From: Entomortierella parvispora E1425
Taxonomy: Eukaryota; Fungi; Mortierellomycota
DNA: 64,000 nt
NCBI GenBank assembly: GCA_020891255.1
Contig: BQFW01000004.1
Coordinates: 1,984,001-2,048,000, forward strand
Direction: 5' to 3'
Shown: positions 37,414 through 49,200 of the stretch, one piece after another
How the letters are laid out: every line of letters starts with the position of its first letter
How positions within the stretch are numbered: position 1 is the stretch's first letter
Program-made: the position numbers and the translations under genes
The notes under the pieces: generated by a model
What the model saw: only the letters and a program-made list of their open reading frames with translations
Told to the model about the DNA's origin: nothing
Databases searched by the model: none

Positions 37414-39207
37414 ATGTCATTTTCAGCATCCCCAGATTTGTCGCCTCAGCCGTTCCTGGTTTCCAGTCCAGATCGTGTACTTGTCCGTGCCATCCCACAC
37501 TCTCTCGCGCCCACACACAAGAAGGTTACACTCTCACTCAGAAAGGCCCCTGTAGGTCCCGCCCAGCCATACTCTCCAACTTCGCCACAACACAACCCCT
37601 CCTCCTTCGTGCTGCACTCGGAGCCCGCAACCGCGCCTCTAAACACCCAGAGCCCAAACAACAGAACGAACCGTGTGGATCAGGAGCAAATGAACCGGTC
37701 GCGCGAGGCAGCTGTGTCTATGGCCGCAGTCCAAAAACCCACCGTGAGCAGTATCGCCACTGCCCAGTCCGCTCCAGTCCAAATCAAGAAGCTTCAGTTC
37801 CACAAGAATGGACTTCCCATCAAATCGGCCTTGAAGAGTCCAGTGGCTAGCCCAGTTGCTTTGAACCGACCACTTGCGATCCGATCCCACTCTTCCCCGA
37901 CACCCTTCTCTAGCCCCAGATTTGTGCACTTCAACACTCAGCTGGAACATGTCCGCCTTTTCCTCCAAGGGGAGACACCTTCGTGCGTTGCAGAGAGGGA
38001 AACAATCATCGACTCGCGTCAGGATGAACGGTCCAATTGCGATATCAAATTATCTTTGCCCAACTGGAGCCCCGCCTCAGTTGAGTCGTTCAAGCCAGTC
38101 AATATTGACTCTGGCAACGCGCCACTGCGCGTTGAGAATGTTGTTCTTTCAGAGGATCAGCAAGCACTTGAGGGCCATATCCTAGTGCAGAACATCGCGT
38201 TCCACAAACACGTCGCAGTACGATACACGGTCGATTTCTGGCAAACACAGAGCGAAGTGAGAGCAGAATACGAAGAATCGATCGCAGGCACGACGCTGGA
38301 TCGATTCTCATTTGAGATCCCATTGGATATGGAACGTGCCGCCGTGGAGAAGAGCTTTTGCCTCGCCGTCCGATACCAGGTTATCGGGCGGGAGTTTTGG
38401 GACAGCAACAACGGCATGAACTACCAGGTCGAGTGCAAGCGTGTCGTTGTGGTCGCTCCACCATCTGCATCGGAACTCTCCAAGAAAATGACGAATCTGT
38501 TGATCGGATCGCCTGTTCCAGAGTACACCAAGCCTCTCCTCAAAAAGAAGCTAGCCAACCGGTACGATCTGTCGACCTCGTTGTCGGCCGCTTACTCTCA
38601 GCCCGTCGCCATCTCCTCTAAGATGGACAATAACTTCTTCTCGATGGGCGGATCCTTCAAGCCTGCGAGCCAGTCTGCTTACAGAGCCAGCGAGTATATT
38701 ACTCCTGCGCCGGCACCTGCGCAAAGCTACCACCATACCCTCTACGCCTCCTCACCTAAGTTCCTCAATTCGTACTTGGCAGCCACCTCACCACCTGACC
38801 ATTTCCACCTTGGATACGATACCGTGACGATGGATACTCACCCAAGTCTCAACAGCAAACGCGGCCCACGAAACAGCTGGAACGTCGAGCTGGAACCGTC
38901 GCCTGTGATCCCATCGCGCTCCCAATCATACCCCAATGGATTCTACGGAAGCACGTTTTCGACGTCTCCAAAGTCCTCGTCTCCAATTTCGATCCCTGTC
39001 CAAAAGTCTCGACCCACACCTGCCGTGCCCTCTCCTTCGCCCAATTCGCGCATCCAACAGTCTCATCGACCTGCAGTAGGTTCGTCGAGTTATTTTGATC
39101 TTGTTGATCGTTATTGCTTTTATGAGTCGAGTCCTCATGGCAGCCCATACACGAGCCCTTACTCGAGCTATCCAAACTCTCCTCCAGCGCCTTGTATCAA
39201 AGGTTAA
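37414..39207 (+). CDS. Protein phosphatase 1 regulatory (glycogen-targeting, Gac1/Pig1-like) subunit with CBM21 domain
   Basis: KSALK and RFVHF (RVxF) PP1-docking motifs. The CBM21 domain reads VENVVL...GHILVQNIAFHKHVAVRYTVDFW...DRFSF...FWDSNNGMNY. An in-frame TGA at 37372 supports ATG 37414 as the start. Confidence 0.9.
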   Translation: MSFSASPDLSPQPFLVSSPDRVLVRAIPHSLAPTHKKVTLSLRKAPVGPAQPYSPTSPQHNPSSFVLHSEPATAPLNTQSPNNRTNRVDQEQMNRSREAAVSMAAVQKPTVSSIATAQSAPVQIKKLQFHKNGLPIKSALKSPVASPVALNRPLAIRSHSSPTPFSSPRFVHFNTQLEHVRLFLQGETPSCVAERETIIDSRQDERSNCDIKLSLPNWSPASVESFKPVNIDSGNAPLRVENVVLSEDQQALEGHILVQNIAFHKHVAVRYTVDFWQTQSEVRAEYEESIAGTTLDRFSFEIPLDMERAAVEKSFCLAVRYQVIGREFWDSNNGMNYQVECKRVVVVAPPSASELSKKMTNLLIGSPVPEYTKPLLKKKLANRYDLSTSLSAAYSQPVAISSKMDNNFFSMGGSFKPASQSAYRASEYITPAPAPAQSYHHTLYASSPKFLNSYLAATSPPDHFHLGYDTVTMDTHPSLNSKRGPRNSWNVELEPSPVIPSRSQSYPNGFYGSTFSTSPKSSSPISIPVQKSRPTPAVPSPSPNSRIQQSHRPAVGSSSYFDLVDRYCFYESSPHGSPYTSPYSSYPNSPPAPCIKG

Positions 39208-39598
39208 ATCCTTTCCTTAAAGCCTCTGAGTCGTACCTCCTCCTCTTCCTCCCCTTCCTCCTCTCTCGAATTCTTCCCACCGAGGAACCGATCCCAGCCC
39301 TACCATCAAAGAAGAAGTCTCTCCGGAAGGAGTCAAGCATTGCTTGACTCAGTTTTTTCTTGTATATAGTACCAATACCCTGTTGCGGATTTGCATCCTC
39401 TTTTTTCTTTTTCCTCTTCGTCGTTCTCATTTGTATCATAGCAACCCTCAAACCATAATTAAACGCCTTTGCAATCACCATAAAAAAAGTGAGAAACAGA
39501 AAAGAACGCGTGCTTCAGCGGACCTTGCCACTTTTTCTGGCGCCTAGAGCCCCACGCCAACTAGGTTCTATACCAAACCAAAAAGAAAAACAGAAAAG

Positions 39599-39923
39599 TA
39601 TTGGAGAACCTGGGCATCGATCCCAGTGCCTCTCGCATGCTAAGCGAGCGCTCTACCATTTGAGCTAGATCCCCATGCGCTGAATCTCGAAATTCGAGTT
39701 TCAGATGAAAATAATTTTTTCAAGTTGTATATATACCAGAATATTTTGAGAGCCCGGAGGGCTCCTCAAAAAAGCTATCTGGGGCCCCAAAAATGGCATC
39801 CTTCATGATCCCTGGCGATACTATATCCTTTTGATGAAAAAATGGAACGATTTGGGTGAGTTTTGATGGAGAAATGACAAGAACTGTCTTGATAAAATTT
39901 GCGCACAAAACACATGCAACGTG
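39599..39923. repeat. Direct repeat copy 1 (tRNA-Ala plus ~250 bp upstream flank)
   Basis: Aligns without indels to 50592-50916 (offset 10,993). The first 190 bp are identical, and I counted 11 substitutions by eye in the remainder. Confidence 0.95.
39602..39674 (-). tRNA. tRNA-Ala, anticodon AGC (copy 1)
   Basis: Reverse complement GGGGATCTAGCTCAAATGGTAGAGCGCTCGCTTAGCATGCGAGAGGCACTGGGATCGATGCCCAGGTTCTCCA. It folds as a cloverleaf with a G3:U70 pair and is followed by T-runs (Pol III terminator). Confidence 0.96.
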
Positions 39924-40193
39924 TGTGGCTGGCAGGCGTCTGCTTGAGCGTTCACTCAGCTCTTGCTACCGGGCAAGTAGAGGCTAGAGACGTCAAAGTT
40001 GGCAAGCTCACACCACCCAGGGGTTGGCGGGGCTTGCTGTTTACGGATACGGAGGTCATTTTATGGTTTTTTAAAAAAAGCATTGCACTGGACGGCGACA
40101 TCGTCGCGTCCTTGATATGTGGTGTATACAAGGTTCTTCAAAAGAATGCGGTATTAAAGTACATTGTGCCAGTTCAAACAACAACAAAACAAT

Positions 40194-41218
40194 TTATTTC
40201 AATTGGGGGTCAGTTTCCAGTTTGAGATCCTTAAAAGGCTGATCAAAGGTAGCGTAGAGCTTCGCCGCACTAGGTTCTGACTTTGCAAATGCCATTAAAT
40301 CATCAAGACCAGCCTTGAGGATATATAAAGCTGTGCGCCAGAAGGAAAGAAAGAAAAGGACATAAAAAAAGAAAGTGATTAAGAGTGGTCATTGTTAATG
40401 AACATGGGAAAAAAGAGATCATACGCGTGACATGCAGTTCCACACACACACATACACACACACACACAAGGTGTACCCTTACCTTCGTAGTAGAGTCGGC
40501 CATTAGCACGATCTCTTTCCATGAATGAATTCCTCGTGCCCGTCGCCATAGCTGTGATGCCTATTGAGGATGACGCTGTTTTGTTTGTCATGGGGTGGGC
40601 TGAAGATCCAATCCAGCTGCTCTCCTCTGACAGGATGGAACTCATTCCAGCGGCATAGAGACAGTGATAGCTGGCGGAAAAGAGGGACTGACAACATGTC
40701 TTCAGTCTCGCCAAATCCTGAGATGAAAGGGACGATAATGTTCCCGGAGAGACGTTGCTGCTGTTGGTGTTGCCTTCGCTGCTAGTTTCGTTCTCGATAT
40801 CATCCAGGTTCTTTTCAAGTCCTGTGATGAGAAAGTGAATCGCATCTTGAACGAGCAGGATCTGCTTGGGAGCCTGTGATTTCGTACTCGCCGCTAAAGG
40901 TTTCTCGAAATTGTCTTCCTTCTTTGCATCCTTTCCAGAATCCAGAGTTAACAAGATCGAAGCGATAGAGGCCGATGAACGCGCTCTTGGTACTGACTGC
41001 TGCATTCTAGCTACTAGTGCTGCCACTATCAATCATGAGAAAGTAAGAGTAAAAGAGTATTGATTATGAGTTACACCTCTGACTCGGGAAAGAACAAGAG
41101 GGGTAAATGGAAGAGAGAGGGTATAGCCGAGAATGCTCTGTCAGGTACCTCTTTTCTGGTGTTTTCTGGCAACATGAAGCAACTCTGTGTGTGGTAAGGG
41201 TTTCTTTTCCACCGCCAT
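40194..41218 (-). CDS. Hypothetical protein, three exons, no recognised family
   Basis: MAVEKKPLPHTELLHVARKHQKR|VAALVARMQQ...RLYYE|ALYILKAGLDDL...ETDPQLK*. Both introns are GT-AG and phase-consistent. The start codon is uncertain. Confidence 0.65.
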
Positions 41219-41743
41219 ATTTTTGATTGTTTGGAGCGTAGTGCCCGATCGAGTTCGAGCAGGGATAGATGACCCAAAGACTGGGCAATTATAATAGAAG
41301 AAGAAAGAAGAGGGAGGCGGGGATCGGCAGTGGAGGCGTCCGAAGGAATGGAGGGATAAAGAAAAAAGAAGAAGGAAGGAAAGAAGCAAGAGGAACCATA
41401 TTCGACTGAGACGGGAATGTCACACAACGATTGTTGGTCAGTCAAGCGTCCATGTGGCCGCAGGTCATGACATTGCATTAAATGCATGCTTCCATGGCAC
41501 ATCACAACCACCTGGTTATGATCGTACGTGCTTATTGATCGATGCTTTTCTAGTATGAAGGTGCTCTTGACGGCCCTCTTCAAGGTCGAATGTATCCTCC
41601 CCAAGTCTTTTTTCCGCGTAATTCTTACACGAGTCTCACATGGAAGGAATGACAAGCAGTCGTCACATGCGAAGAAAAAAAAAAAACTCTTTGATTCCAT
41701 TCTTTATTTCTTGCCTGGATCACCATTACATCCGCTTCTATTC

Positions 41744-43847
41744 ATGACTGCACGCGTGCCAATCCAGCAGGACAGGACTCTGTTCAATGCCAAGTTCGAG
41801 GGCTACAAACTCTCATTCCTGGACGAATCGGCACAGCACTTTACACCTGTGGGAGCACCTGGACCAGGCGTAATCGTACCAAAACTCTCGTCCTCGGCAA
41901 AGGTCTCTTACCGTGAGGTTCAGGCGCGTATTAGACACAATCATCTCTACCCAGGATGGAACTCACTCAAGCCTGTCATCGGCGATAGTGGGAGTACTCA
42001 TGAAGGCGTTCTTTTCGTCATTGACGATGATTTCACCCTGATTGCACTTCAATTTGACAAGGTAGCGCAATGATCGAAAGCTATCCTTGCTTGCTGTCAG
42101 TATCCTTAAATGGTCGACTAATACGCTTTTCCTGTCCTCAATCAAGTCTGCACGGCGCCTCCGGAGTACAAAGTTACTTCAAGTGCCCAAGCCAATCGTC
42201 CCTGCAGATTGTCATCTGGAGCTACCTTCAATCAAGCCCATCTCTCCTGATTATATCCTTCTCTCAGACGGAGCCGCCACCTTTTATGTCATCCGCCTGG
42301 TTTTCACGGGTGCAGACCATGAAGCTGTCATTGAGGCAAGCACTACGTTTCAACCAGAGGCGTCTATGGAGTACGAAGGAGTACACCTTGCATGCGGACT
42401 CTTGGAAGCAAAAGCTTTTCCAACAACACTGGATGAGAACGAGCCAGCAACTGAGATCAAGTTTATTCTCCATTACACGCTCAAGGAGAAGCTTTATTCA
42501 GCAGAGCCATCACCACACCGCAAATCAGACACGAAAACTGTGTTCATTGTCAGCCTTTGCAGCATGATCTTGAAACATCATCAATTTACAGACATGGACA
42601 TGGATATCGACGCCGAGGTTCAGCAGTTGCCAGTTAGAACTATCCACTCAATCCGAGGAACGGAAATCCCTTTTTACTGCGCACTCGACCCATCAGGCGA
42701 AGGATATGTTCTCGGGAGCAACACGACCTTCAAGCCAGCACAGCAGCTCATCGCTGATCAGCCCACACAATTCTTGGAGCCTGGATCAGAGGCAGTAGGA
42801 CTGGATGGTACCGACATCAGCACTGTCCCCAACTCGGAGCCTCCTTACTTCTGGACTCAAACCGATTCAGATGTCACAATCTGTTTTGGTTTGCCAAGAG
42901 GTACAACCAAGCACGCGATTCAATGCAAGTTTTCCCGGCAGGGACTCCACCTTCGGGTTTTATTGACCGGTGACGCGGATCAAAGTGTACGGACGCCATA
43001 TATCGACGACATGCCTCTCTTTGCGACGATCCAAGCGGATGAATCATTTTGGACCCTGGACCCTTCATCAGGACTCTTGACGTTGAGTCTGGAAAAGCAG
43101 CACAGTAAAACTCGATGGACTCAGGTCTTTGAGGAAGGGGTGGACCCAGAGCCAGTCGAAGAAACTCTGGACCCATCTGTTTTTGCAGAGTACAAAGCCT
43201 CACTGGAAAAGTACACAACTGACCAGGCTCATGCTGGACCCAAAGGATCGTCGCTTTTGCCCTCGTTGGCTCAGGATGCTCAGGAGGACATTGATGAAGA
43301 AGGAGAGGAAATCAAGTTTTCATGGATCCAGTCGGAAAGCGGGAGCGATATTGTCCGCGCGAGCACAATAGGCACAGGGCACGATTGGATCGGACAGGCA
43401 TTCCCGAGTTTTGAACGTCATGGCGATAATGCTTTTGAGATGCCTACAGTTTGTCTGAAGCACGATGTGGATGGGCTGGTCTATGCAATCCATCATGTTC
43501 CTGGATCAAAACCATCTCTCTCAACGGTCCAACCAGCCAGTGAAGTCATGCGATTTATTCACACGGATACCTTGGATGCACTAGCCTTTGTGCAGGCTTC
43601 CAAGCGGGAGAAGCGATTTGTCTTTCATGACCCTCATGGGCGGTTCTGTGTGATTGTCGAGTCGAGTCGAAATGTGTATATTTACTGGCACCGTCCGGGC
43701 GAGAAACAGAAGCAGGAGAGGCAGACAGTGGTGGATGTGTCCAAGGGTCAACAGGTTGATATCATTGGTTGTCAGCTTATCAGCGAGGGTGTGCTTGTCG
43801 TTCTAATGGAGGGAGAACGAGGTGCGTTGGTTCTTGAGCTGTCCTAG
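41744..43847 (+). CDS. NUDCD1: NudC domain-containing protein 1 (NUDCD1/CML66-like, CS/p23 domain)
   Basis: LFNAKFEGYKL at the N-terminus, CS domain PYFWTQTDSDVTICF, and C-terminal CLKHDVDGLVY and ALAFVQASKREKRF. One intron, 42062-42146. Confidence 0.85.
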
Positions 43848-44018
43848 GCAAGGATCTAGGAAACAGTCCTATTTTCGTTCTCGTATCACATGGAAGAATC
43901 TGTACTCCCGTTTCGCGGATGGGCAAAAAAAAATAAAAATAAAACTGGGCTGGTGTTTTTTCGTTAGCCCATCTCTCTCTTCCTCCCGCTTCTTTTTTTC
44001 GTCCCCCCAAACGGAGTC

Positions 44019-46085
44019 ATGCCGAGTGGCCGACCAAAGTCGCAGGCGACTCCAATACCAAGGACATCTCCTGCTCTCTCCAATGCCCTTTACATCGACG
44101 AGATTCTTGAGCGAATCTTTTCATTCCTGGATCAACCCACACTCAAGTTTGTGGCGGCTCGTGTCAGTTCCCGTTGGTTTTGGATTGCAAGAGATCTGTT
44201 TGAACATCACCTTATCCTGAACCACACTGATGATCTCAAGGTCTTGCGCACTGTTCTAAGCCAAAAGCTCCCTCTCGCCAGCAAACTTACAGTCGGTCGA
44301 GCAATTGGACCTTGGACCGATCTCCTTTTTCAGGCCGAGGTTGCCAGATGGGATCAGATGATGAGGCTACTGGTTCAGACTCTTTCAACCCACAGCGAAG
44401 CAGGAGATCAGGAGCGGTTTACCCGGATTAAAGCCCTGACTCTGAACGTTGAGCATTGGTGGATCCGTCCGGATCAAGTCTTGAACTGGTTCAATTCTCG
44501 GAGCCTCAAGGAACTAACGATAGACGTACCGTTTGAGACAGGCGCACTGCCTATGAGAGAGATGTTGAACCTGTGTCCAAGTCTCTTGCATCTTTCGCTG
44601 AGCACGCGGAAATATAGCCGCACCTGTAGGATCTCTGATGAAAGCACCTGGATCCCAGAGGACACAGAACTTCAGGAAGAGAGCCACATAGAGACTTGGC
44701 CGCTACGGTCCTTACGTCTCCGCGATCTCAGCGTCTCCCCGACAGCACTCAAATCCTACTTTTCACGCCTCCAGAATCTAGCAGAAATTTATCTACTGGA
44801 GGTCAAAGATCGAGTGGAGGGCCATACATTCCACGATACATTCCACGACCAGGAGGCGACGTCAGCATTTTGGCTTGCTCTTGCTCATCATTGTCAAAAG
44901 CTGAAGGCGATTCACCTTGGCTGTCAAGTCTGTACAAAGGAAACCACTGCGATCCCTATCAGTCTTTTCCCAAACGTCCAGAACTTTGGAATACAAGGGA
45001 CGGCCCATCTCTCGCCTACGATATGGAAAGCTTTGGCGGTCCATCGAGTCGAAAATCGACTCACGACCTTGGAGCTTCTTGGGGACGGACCGTATCAGCG
45101 CTATGAACCACGGGATCCGGGATATCTCCGTGACATGCTGTTGCATCGGTTTCTGTGCCATTCGCCGTCATTGCTACACCTCAAGACGGGACAGCTACGA
45201 CTATCGGTTCGAGTTTTGTGGGGCGACGAAAATGGCCACAATAAGATGCGAGCAATGGAGCCGTCCAATATTTGGGCTTGCCGCCGTCTTGTGACGTTGT
45301 GCCTTCAATTCGAGTCTTCGCAGTCTTCCGAGGGTAGCAGTCCTTGTGGAGCCAGTGTATTTGGGTATTTGACTCGTGTCTGTCCGAATGTAGAAGAGTT
45401 GTCCTTGAGCGTGGGTCTTCAGGGATGGGGACTACAGAGCGGTCTATGTATTTTGACTCGTCTGAGGCTCTTGAGAAGTCTGCAGATTTGCACAGAGGGC
45501 TCACTTCAACCCAACTCGACCCCGCTCCAGTGGAGGGACTTCGCGTGGATTCAAGGGAGTGCCGTCACTGCTGGATCGCAGGCATCCTCTTTGACGTCTC
45601 TGAAGGTGGCTAAAAAGTTGGTCCCTTCGATCCTCCGCCCATATCTGTTCCGTGCCAATGGTGATTTGAAGGGCCTGCTGGACGACTACCGCCATTGTAT
45701 CGCAGCAGTGTTGACAGACAGGGGTAACCTGAACTTGCCAAATTTCAAACAGGATCGCGAAAGGATGCATCGGCAACAAAAGGAAAACCGCTTCGTTTCA
45801 GACTATGAACGACCTGTGCCCATGGTGGATGGACTAGAAGATTTCGAATTCTCGGGATCCAATCTAGATATCGAGGCCTATCTGCAGGCACGACTCTTTT
45901 GTCTCCAGGAACAACAGGCGGACGCGGTGTGGCTGCCCTGGCCTCACATGCAGCAAATTACTTTTACTATTGGCTACAGAAGCAACAAGACGCTAGGGAA
46001 GCATGTGGCACGAGGCTGCAAGTTCTTGAAGGCTTGCCGACCTGACATCGAGGTTTTGTGTCGCTTTGGTGGTCTGGGCACATAA
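44019..46085 (+). CDS. F-box protein with degenerate LRR-like repeats, intronless
   Basis: N-terminal ALYIDEILERIFSFLD...ARVSSRWFWIA. Repeated CPSLLHLSL, CQKLKAIHL, SPSLLHLKT, WACRRLVTLCL and CPNVEELSL. Confidence 0.85.
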   Translation: MPSGRPKSQATPIPRTSPALSNALYIDEILERIFSFLDQPTLKFVAARVSSRWFWIARDLFEHHLILNHTDDLKVLRTVLSQKLPLASKLTVGRAIGPWTDLLFQAEVARWDQMMRLLVQTLSTHSEAGDQERFTRIKALTLNVEHWWIRPDQVLNWFNSRSLKELTIDVPFETGALPMREMLNLCPSLLHLSLSTRKYSRTCRISDESTWIPEDTELQEESHIETWPLRSLRLRDLSVSPTALKSYFSRLQNLAEIYLLEVKDRVEGHTFHDTFHDQEATSAFWLALAHHCQKLKAIHLGCQVCTKETTAIPISLFPNVQNFGIQGTAHLSPTIWKALAVHRVENRLTTLELLGDGPYQRYEPRDPGYLRDMLLHRFLCHSPSLLHLKTGQLRLSVRVLWGDENGHNKMRAMEPSNIWACRRLVTLCLQFESSQSSEGSSPCGASVFGYLTRVCPNVEELSLSVGLQGWGLQSGLCILTRLRLLRSLQICTEGSLQPNSTPLQWRDFAWIQGSAVTAGSQASSLTSLKVAKKLVPSILRPYLFRANGDLKGLLDDYRHCIAAVLTDRGNLNLPNFKQDRERMHRQQKENRFVSDYERPVPMVDGLEDFEFSGSNLDIEAYLQARLFCLQEQQADAVWLPWPHMQQITFTIGYRSNKTLGKHVARGCKFLKACRPDIEVLCRFGGLGT

Positions 46086-46248
46086 AGTTTTTAACCAGCT
46101 AGGAGGACACAAAAGAAGCCCGCTCGTAGTCATGGCTTGTTGTGGAGGGGACCTATAAAGTCTTTTTTTTATTGTGATGAATGAGCGTTCATTCATTGTG
46201 CTATGGGATTATGAGTGGAGAGGTTGATTATCAAGGCAGGATCTATTT

Positions 46249-49200
46249 TCAGTTACTCGAATTGTCCGAACCCTGGTTCATAAAATGCAATTCAACACCG
46301 CTGGGTGCTGTGGGGGATCCTACCACCATCAGTGGTGCCTCATCTTGGACCACCAAGGCGTCTTCTTCACCTTCGTTGGCAACGACAAGCTTGTGGCCCA
46401 ACATGCGACTCTCGCGAATGCGACGGTTCACGCTCTTGTATTTGGGGTTTCCGACCTGAGCCTTGTAGTAGCGGAGAGCCGAGTCCAAGGGAAGATGGTC
46501 CGTCAAGTTGCGGCGAGGCATCACAGACAAGCAATGCTTCGAGTCCATCTGAAGATCCAGAATGTTGGGGTTTCCAGCTCCAGGAGAGAATCCAATCCGG
46601 AGAGAGTATTCAGGTGAGTGAGGTGATTGTGGGCCATTACTGGAGGGGAGATTTCCGGCCACAGGAGATCCAAGAGGGGTGCCTGGTCCGCTTCTCTCGT
46701 ACAACTCGAAAGTAATCTGAGTCAAGTCTATGATTGATTAGAAAAAAAAAAAATTAGTGACCTAGGATCCATGATTGTCACATATCCCGAGAAAGCTTGC
46801 TCTTACAGTCAAGCTCTGGGATCTCGCCCTTGCTGAGACGAGTGGGGATTCCAGAGAGATACACAATGTTGAGCAGGGTGTGTACATGGGATTCTAAAAA
46901 GACCAGGGTTCAAACGTTAGCAGTCGTTCAGATCGAAAAAAGCAGTGAATATCGGGGTAATTGCTTACCTTTGGTAAAGTAAAGGCGGGTGCAAGGGTTC
47001 GCGGAGCGCTTGCAGGCTTCAAGGTCTTCAACGATTTGCTTGATGAGTGGCAGACTGGTCAACAATCCAATTTCCAAACGATCAGCCTCGCTGATACCAT
47101 ACTCGAGTGGCGCCACAAAATCAAACAGGATCTTGGCTTTGGTGTAGAGATCTTTGATAGGTCCCATGCCTGTGCCTGCCTCCTTGTCTACAAAGATGCT
47201 CTCCAAGAATGGGCGGTTGTGAAGGGCATCGTACTTGAGAGAGTCGTAAAGTTCCGAAACCTTGGAGGGGTCGAATTCAGTGCGATCTCCATCCGCAAAC
47301 TCGCCAAAGATCTTCTCCCAGCGCTCATAGAACAGTGAGGGGCTTTCGTAGCAGCACCATGTCTTCTGGATCGTGGCTGCATCCAAGCGTTGAAAGTTCT
47401 TACGCATGGTCTCCCGCAACGAGCGCATAGCCACAATGGCGTCCTGGACAAGCGTTCCGGGATCTGCCTGATTCTTGGGCCAGTACTTCTCAATGTCTTC
47501 CGCATGCTCTGGCTGCAACAGGTTGTACAGTTCCTTTTTCACGAGATCAGTCTTCTCCTTGGCTGCATTGCTGTCATCCAGCATTTCCTTGCGAATCAAC
47601 AACATATCCTTGGGGACCTCACGAATGTCCAAGAAGCGCTGAGTGAACAGCTCGGCGGTAGCTCTGACACGACGCTCAGAGGAGGTGAAGATTTTAACGT
47701 CGTCCAAAACATTCTTGTTCATGATTAGCAAGTCCTTCCTGAGATTTTCGCCAAGATCCCGAGATTGGTACTTGGCAGCATGAGTAAACTGTAGAGGGAT
47801 CGATAAGAGTACAGTGTTAAGCGATGCCGAATCCATTCCTTTTCCTGTTTCAGAGAATCGAAAGCTTACCTCTCCGCCCCATTTGACGATGATCTTTAGC
47901 TTGACAGACTTGAAGTTGCCAGCCTCATCCTTGGAAATCGAGGGCTTCACTTGAACCTTGGTACCAGGCAAGTTGGACTTCTTGTCCAGAATGTTCTTGA
48001 GAAGCATCAGCTTCTTGGTGTCCTCTAGTCCCTCCTCCATGGCCTGCTCGGCTGCGGCAGAAACGAGTTTCAGATCCCTGGCCTGACGAATAATGACTTC
48101 CTCACCTCCGCCGTTCAAGAGCTCTCTAAAAGGAGCAGAGCTGAAAGAAAACTTCATCTTTTGCTTAGGAGTCCTGTCTGCATGGCGAAAGACAGAGACA
48201 AAGGCCTTGAGACGCCACGAGTTCTCTGCACTAAGCTCCCTAGGCAAAACGACCTCGGAGAGTTTCCGCTGATGGGCATTGCGCAGGAAGACGTCCTGGA
48301 GAATGCTGGCACAGTTGTTGTAGTAATAGTTGTTTCCTTTGACAAAAGACCAGCCGTTGACATCGATAACATAAGATTTGCCGCCTACTCGGAGAAGATC
48401 AAATCCGCAGACACGCTGACCAAAAACCTTGCAGATACCAGCTGCCATCTTCTTTTCATCTGGAGTCAACTGAGTCACGTAGCGAATCTCCTTCCCATCT
48501 GTGTTCCGGCGCACGAGACCATCTACAACTGGGGACCTAAGAGAGGTGCGAAAAAAAAGAGAACAAGCATTAGAGCCTGCATTCTTCTAATATCATATGA
48601 CTGGTCGGCTTCTCTTACTTTCTGGTCTCGGCGTGAAAGAATTGATCGCCAATGGTGTAGACCTTGACATCCTCTGCGTTATCAACGTCCATAAACTCTT
48701 CATAAATATAAGATCCGTCTGTTCTAGGTGTCGACAGATCAGGGTCATATTCACTTGACTTGTTTGCGATCTATAGATACAAACATGATATGTCAGTTGA
48801 GGAGTCTCCAACAAATCAAAACAAATAAGATGCCAAGGGGTAAACAAACCTTTCGGAAGAGACGTCTGGCTCCACCGCCAGCAGAGGAGTGATAGTATAT
48901 ATGAATGTTGTGATCCTCTCCAGACACGGGCTTCTCCACAAATGGTTTGGTGATGATCTGATCGCCGATCTGGATTCTATCCTGATCCAGGATCTTGAAC
49001 TCGGGTGCCTTCCTGTTCTCGACCAGAGTGACACCGCGCAACTTGAGCTTTTGCTGCACTCGTTCGTCAAGAGTAGGGCCACCATCCCGATCCATGGTCA
49101 ATCGGCGTGGGGTGGGCACTCCGATCTGTTCCAGAATCTCCAAGACAAGTCGGCGGTCCCAAAGCACGGTCTGGAGATCGACCTCGTTCACGCAAAAGGG

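Noticed and set aside
39720-39908. 62-aa minus-strand ORF present in both repeat copies (also 50713-50901)
   Set aside because: No ATG start, and differences between copies are largely non-synonymous (N/I, I/V, V/A, H/Y, D/G, F/L), so there is no coding constraint
39675-39923. Flank as a MITE, Helitron, solo LTR or C/D snoRNA
   Set aside because: Only a 5-bp TGCGC/GCGCA pseudo-TIR, no TSD, no TG...CA or TC...CTRR ends, and the TGATGA box is TGATAA in copy 2
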